Positions 59,881 through 62,373 of a stretch of DNA of 62,373 nucleotides are shown piece after piece. Numbering within the stretch: the first letter of the stretch is position 1; each line of letters starts with the position of its first letter. The position numbers and the translations under genes are program-made. This stretch comes from a virus (Duplodnaviria; Caudoviricetes), in the IMG/VR virus record IMGVR_UViG_3300008120_000066, positions 1 through 62,373 of that record; one strand, 5' to 3'. The notes beneath the pieces were generated by a model. The model made no database searches, was not told the origin of the DNA, and saw nothing but the letters and a program-made list of their open reading frames with translations.

Positions 59881-59933
59881 CCCTACAACCTGTAGGGTTA
59901 TTGCTTGACGAAAATTCGTTTTTCCCGTATAAT
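59881..59933 (+). promoter_or_regulatory. Early promoter cassette 1: palindrome plus sigma70 promoter
   Basis: CCCTACA-ACC-TGTAGGG (59881-97); TTGACG (59905-10), 17 nt, TATAAT (59928-33). Confidence 0.85.
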
Positions 59934-59940
59934 AGACTGT

Positions 59941-60282
59941 ATGAATAGGAAAAAACGAACTGACCGTAACCACCTGATATATCAGCTGACCTGTCTTGAC
60001 ACAGGATCCAGCTACATTGGTGTAACAGTGATGCGTGGACGTGCTCAACAAAAAACCCTTGCCACACGCTGGCAACAGCATCAATATCGTGCTCATCGTC
60101 AAGACAAAGACTGGGCACTGTCCGACGCCATTCGTAGCTACGAAAACTGGCATACACAGGTGGTCACAGTAGTGCGTGGCAAAAAAGAAGCCCATGCACT
60201 GGAAACCCAGCTGATTGACGACCTGCAGCCAGCCCTGAATACCCATAAAAAGACCCTACAGCGTGTAGGGTTATCGAATTAA
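59941..60282 (+). CDS. GIY-YIG family nuclease (catalytic domain only)
   Basis: LIYQL...TG.SYIG.T, RW.QH and A..LE..LI....P.LN. The ATG at 59941 is preferred because the TTG at 59905 is the -35 box. Confidence 0.8.
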   Translation: MNRKKRTDRNHLIYQLTCLDTGSSYIGVTVMRGRAQQKTLATRWQQHQYRAHRQDKDWALSDAIRSYENWHTQVVTVVRGKKEAHALETQLIDDLQPALNTHKKTLQRVGLSN

Positions 60283-60315
60283 TTGCTTGACGAAAATTCG
60301 GTTTTACGGTAAACT
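60253..60315 (+). promoter_or_regulatory. Early promoter cassette 2: palindrome plus sigma70 promoter
   Basis: ACCCTACA-GCG-TGTAGGGT (60253-71); TTGACG (60287-92), 17 nt, TAAACT (60310-15); shares ATTGCTTGACGAAAATTCG with cassette 1. Confidence 0.8.
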
Positions 60316-60321
60316 TATACT

Positions 60322-60603
60322 ATGATGATTAAAAAAGGAAACGAAATGTTAAATGTGAAAATTGGTGATGTGATCCGTGCTTATGACTTTAAACCAATGG
60401 TTGGTCGTGACGACTGCTTCGTTGAAGGTGTCGTTGAGCGTGAGACAAATGAGACAGGTTACTCTGCTTTTAAAATTACCGTGACCAAAGATTCTTGGTC
60501 TGATGCATCTGACAAGGGTCGTGTTGGTAAAATTGTTTTCGTACCAAAAATTGTTTCGTTCAGCGAATTTCCTGGACGTGTGATTAACTTATCGAGGATT
60601 TAA
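60322..60603 (+). CDS. Hypothetical early protein (SH3/KOW-like)
   Basis: VKIGDVIRAYDF.P...R.DCFVEG.V; alternative start at ATG 60346 after AAGGA. Confidence 0.7.
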   Translation: MMIKKGNEMLNVKIGDVIRAYDFKPMVGRDDCFVEGVVERETNETGYSAFKITVTKDSWSDASDKGRVGKIVFVPKIVSFSEFPGRVINLSRI

Positions 60604-60604
60604 T

Positions 60605-60766
60605 ATGAAGGGTTCTATTCGAATGGTTGTTGGTCTGCTGATTGTGTTTGGTGCAGTTGGTGGTCTTGATGTCCCAGAAAATAATGAGTTGCTGTGCACT
60701 GGACTGGCGATCGCTGGTTTGCTGATTATGGCAAGTGGTATTAATGCTATGAAGAAAGTTGTTTAA
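60605..60766 (+). CDS. Small two-TM membrane protein (53 aa; not in the ORF track)
   Basis: GAGG RBS; MKGSIRMVVGLLIVFGAVGGLD...LLCTGLAIAGLLIMASGINAMKKVV*. Confidence 0.7.
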   Translation: MKGSIRMVVGLLIVFGAVGGLDVPENNELLCTGLAIAGLLIMASGINAMKKVV

Positions 60767-61050
60767 TGTTGAAATGTGTTTGTCCTGTTTGTAACGGTAG
60801 CGGTCGTGTCTCCGCTGGCGATAATAAGTATAAGTCTGTGATCGCTGGCTACGACAAAGAAACTGATACACTACCCTGCAGAAATTGTGGTGGTCAGTAT
60901 ATGTTTGGTCGTCCGACTGGTGAAGTTCGTGCGAGACCTGACGGTAGTGCATGTACTCATGAGTATACCAGCAAAACTGTTGGTCGCTGTTTGACTGAAT
61001 ATACCTGCGTTCATTGTGGTGATCGCCATCAGATTGACTCAGGAGATTGA
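60766..61050 (+). CDS. Cys-rich zinc-ribbon protein
   Basis: CPVCNGSG, CRNCGG, CTH and CVHCG motifs; TAATG coupling. Confidence 0.75.
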   Translation: MLKCVCPVCNGSGRVSAGDNKYKSVIAGYDKETDTLPCRNCGGQYMFGRPTGEVRARPDGSACTHEYTSKTVGRCLTEYTCVHCGDRHQIDSGD

Positions 61051-61051
61051 G

Positions 61052-61273
61052 ATGTTTGTGACTGTGTTGAAATGGATAGCTACCGCAGTTACTCTTGCTG
61101 GTGCTGTGGCTACTGCGCTGATGATTGATCCGCTCAACATCTGGTTGCTAAATGCTGGTGCTCTGTTGTTTTTGATCTGGGGATACCTAATCAAAGAAAA
61201 AGCAATGATCGCTGTAAATGCAGGGCTGTTGTTTATATATGTGGTTGGTATTTTGTATAGGAATGTGATATGA
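61052..61273 (+). CDS. Small membrane protein (about 3 TM)
   Basis: AGGAG RBS before the ATG at 61052; LKWIAT.VTL.GA...PLNIW..N.GA...LIWG...KEKA...VN. Confidence 0.7.
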   Translation: MFVTVLKWIATAVTLAGAVATALMIDPLNIWLLNAGALLFLIWGYLIKEKAMIAVNAGLLFIYVVGILYRNVI

Positions 61274-61458
61274 TGAAAGATGATGAATTGGTAAAAACAG
61301 TTGTAAGTAAACTCTACAACAAGTACGGAACCTATGCTCATGCAGCTGGTTACCTAGAATCAACAGTGGCTGGTCTGCTGTCTGGAATTGATGACACTGA
61401 CAGTGTGCGTCGTCGACTGAACAATATGTTAAGTGAATTGGAGAAAGAAAATGGGTAA
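61270..61458 (+). CDS. Hypothetical protein
   Basis: 62 aa with YG.YA.AAGYLES; overlaps both neighbours. Confidence 0.65.
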   Translation: MMKDDELVKTVVSKLYNKYGTYAHAAGYLESTVAGLLSGIDDTDSVRRRLNNMLSELEKENG

Positions 61459-61693
61459 AGTGAAGAATGAAATAATTGATGTGATAGATGCACTGGAAAG
61501 CACAGGAATGGACTTTGAGAAAGTTGCTAATCAGTTCGGTATGTCACTAACCGAGGTAATTGAAATTGCTCGTGAGTATGGTGACTTTGAAAACGATGCC
61601 GATCCTGGCGACATGGATGGTGACTTTGATTCAGCAATGGCAAGTGCTGGCTTTGGCACCGATGAAGATTATGGTTACTACGGAGAAGAATGA
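61451..61693 (+). CDS. Hypothetical acidic protein (HTH-like N-terminus)
   Basis: GGAG RBS before the ATG at 61451; C-terminal DGDFDSAMASAGFGTDEDYG. Confidence 0.65.
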   Translation: MGKVKNEIIDVIDALESTGMDFEKVANQFGMSLTEVIEIAREYGDFENDADPGDMDGDFDSAMASAGFGTDEDYGYYGEE

Positions 61694-61929
61694 TGAACAA
61701 CACAATTGAATATCGTGGACAAACATTTGATCGCAGTCATGGTAGTCCCTTTGATCGAGGTTCAGCTGACAGCTGGTATAGTCGACCAGAAGAACCACAC
61801 TGGTATCCTGAGGGAAGCTACAATGGTAATCGCATTGATTCCAAAGACATGAGTATAGCTGAGATGCGAGCATATTTCATGGGCTACGAATACAATGAAA
61901 AATTTGGTGGTAAAAAGAGTTGGGATTAA
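61690..61929 (+). CDS. Conserved hypothetical phage protein
   Basis: HGSPFDRGSADSWY.RP..PH.YP.G...G.RI....M...E..AY..GY. Confidence 0.7.
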   Translation: MMNNTIEYRGQTFDRSHGSPFDRGSADSWYSRPEEPHWYPEGSYNGNRIDSKDMSIAEMRAYFMGYEYNEKFGGKKSWD

Positions 61930-61991
61930 AACCCCACAGTCTTACTGGAGGAGTATCCGTGGCAAGACTCTAAACTAGCCAAAACAGCAGC

Positions 61992-62034
61992 AGTCTATTT
62001 TTGCTGGTTATAGACTATAAAGAAAAACCAGCAA
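61992..62034 (+). other. Predicted H-type RNA pseudoknot in a 5' leader
   Basis: S1 AGTCTAT (61992-98) pairs with ATAGACT (62010-16); S2 TTGCTGGTT (62001-09) pairs with AACCAGCAA (62026-34); A-rich loop ATAAAGAAA. Confidence 0.6.
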
Positions 62035-62051
62035 CTATTTCAAAGGAAGAT

Positions 62052-62373
62052 ATGATTATACCTATAATACAAGAAAGACAATGTGGTGAGTGTACCGCAT
62101 GTTGCCAGGGCTACGTTACTGGATCTGCGCATGGGTATGAATTCTTTCGTGGTAAACCCTGCTTCTTTCTTGGTGACAACTGTACAATCTATGCTGATCG
62201 ACCTGTCAATCCTTGTCAAAACTTTCAATGTACTTGGCTAAAGGATAATACCCTTCCAGTTTGGATGAGACCAGATCGCTCAGGTGTACTTGTTGTTCAC
62301 GAAAATAAAGAGGGCATCGAATACTACAATGCAATTGAGACTGATAAACCTATGGCAGCAAACGTATTGAATT
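62052..62373 (+). CDS. YkgJ/CxxCxxCC-family Zn- or Fe-S-binding protein (partial, runs off the window)
   Basis: AAAGGA RBS; MIIPIIQERQCGECTACCQG...PCFFL...CTIYADRP..PC..F.C.WL......WMRPD.SG. Confidence 0.78.
   Translation, partial: MIIPIIQERQCGECTACCQGYVTGSAHGYEFFRGKPCFFLGDNCTIYADRPVNPCQNFQCTWLKDNTLPVWMRPDRSGVLVVHENKEGIEYYNAIETDKPMAANVLN

Noticed and set aside
59875-60246. Minus-strand ORFs over the GIY-YIG gene, and the TTG start at 59905
   Set aside because: Antisense shadows of a GC-richer gene. The TTG is the -35 element.
61920-62018. HDV-like/theta ribozyme on the minus strand (UAC-UCCUCCA-GUA followed by AGACUGU-GG)
   Set aside because: The topology is only partly satisfied: P2 is only 3-4 bp, the catalytic C position reads U (UUAA), no tRNA is adjacent, and all local genes are on the + strand.
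1-62373. CRISPR arrays, tRNA or rRNA genes, integrase or transposase
   Set aside because: No repeat-spacer arrays or cloverleaf-compatible intergenic stretches were seen, and no recombinase or transposase motifs. Intergenic gaps are short and otherwise explained.

Overview
An AT-rich segment of a large T4-like (Tevenvirinae-related) myophage genome. All credible genes lie on the + strand. It holds the virion morphogenesis module: gp25, gp6, a giant gp7, gp8, a VrlC/DUF4815-type protein, several large fibre/adhesin proteins, gp13-15, gp17-23 and gp3. After that come uvsY, uvsW, gp55, gp47, a PRTase insert, gp46, a 2OG-Fe(II) oxygenase and the start of an early small-ORF region driven by repeated sigma70 promoter/palindrome cassettes. 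T4-type late promoters (TATAAATA-like) precede many structural genes. Most notable: (1) two giant virion genes carry an in-frame stop about 65-72 codons before their evident true end, each with same-amino-acid codons on both sides; (2) the baseplate proteins are nested mosaics of adhesin-like domains, including three Kelch-like propellers, a cysteine-free SUEL-type lectin and a Gly-rich domain; (3) a strong-SD minigene and an H-type pseudoknot lie in frame upstream of a CxxCxxCC gene; (4) a GIY-YIG gene is flanked by PeSL-like repeats and is probably leaderless; (5) a PyrE-like PRTase is inserted between gp47 and gp46; (6) gp16 is missing from its usual position. All assignments come from motif recognition and gene order. 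No database searches were run, and the host cannot be determined from this window.
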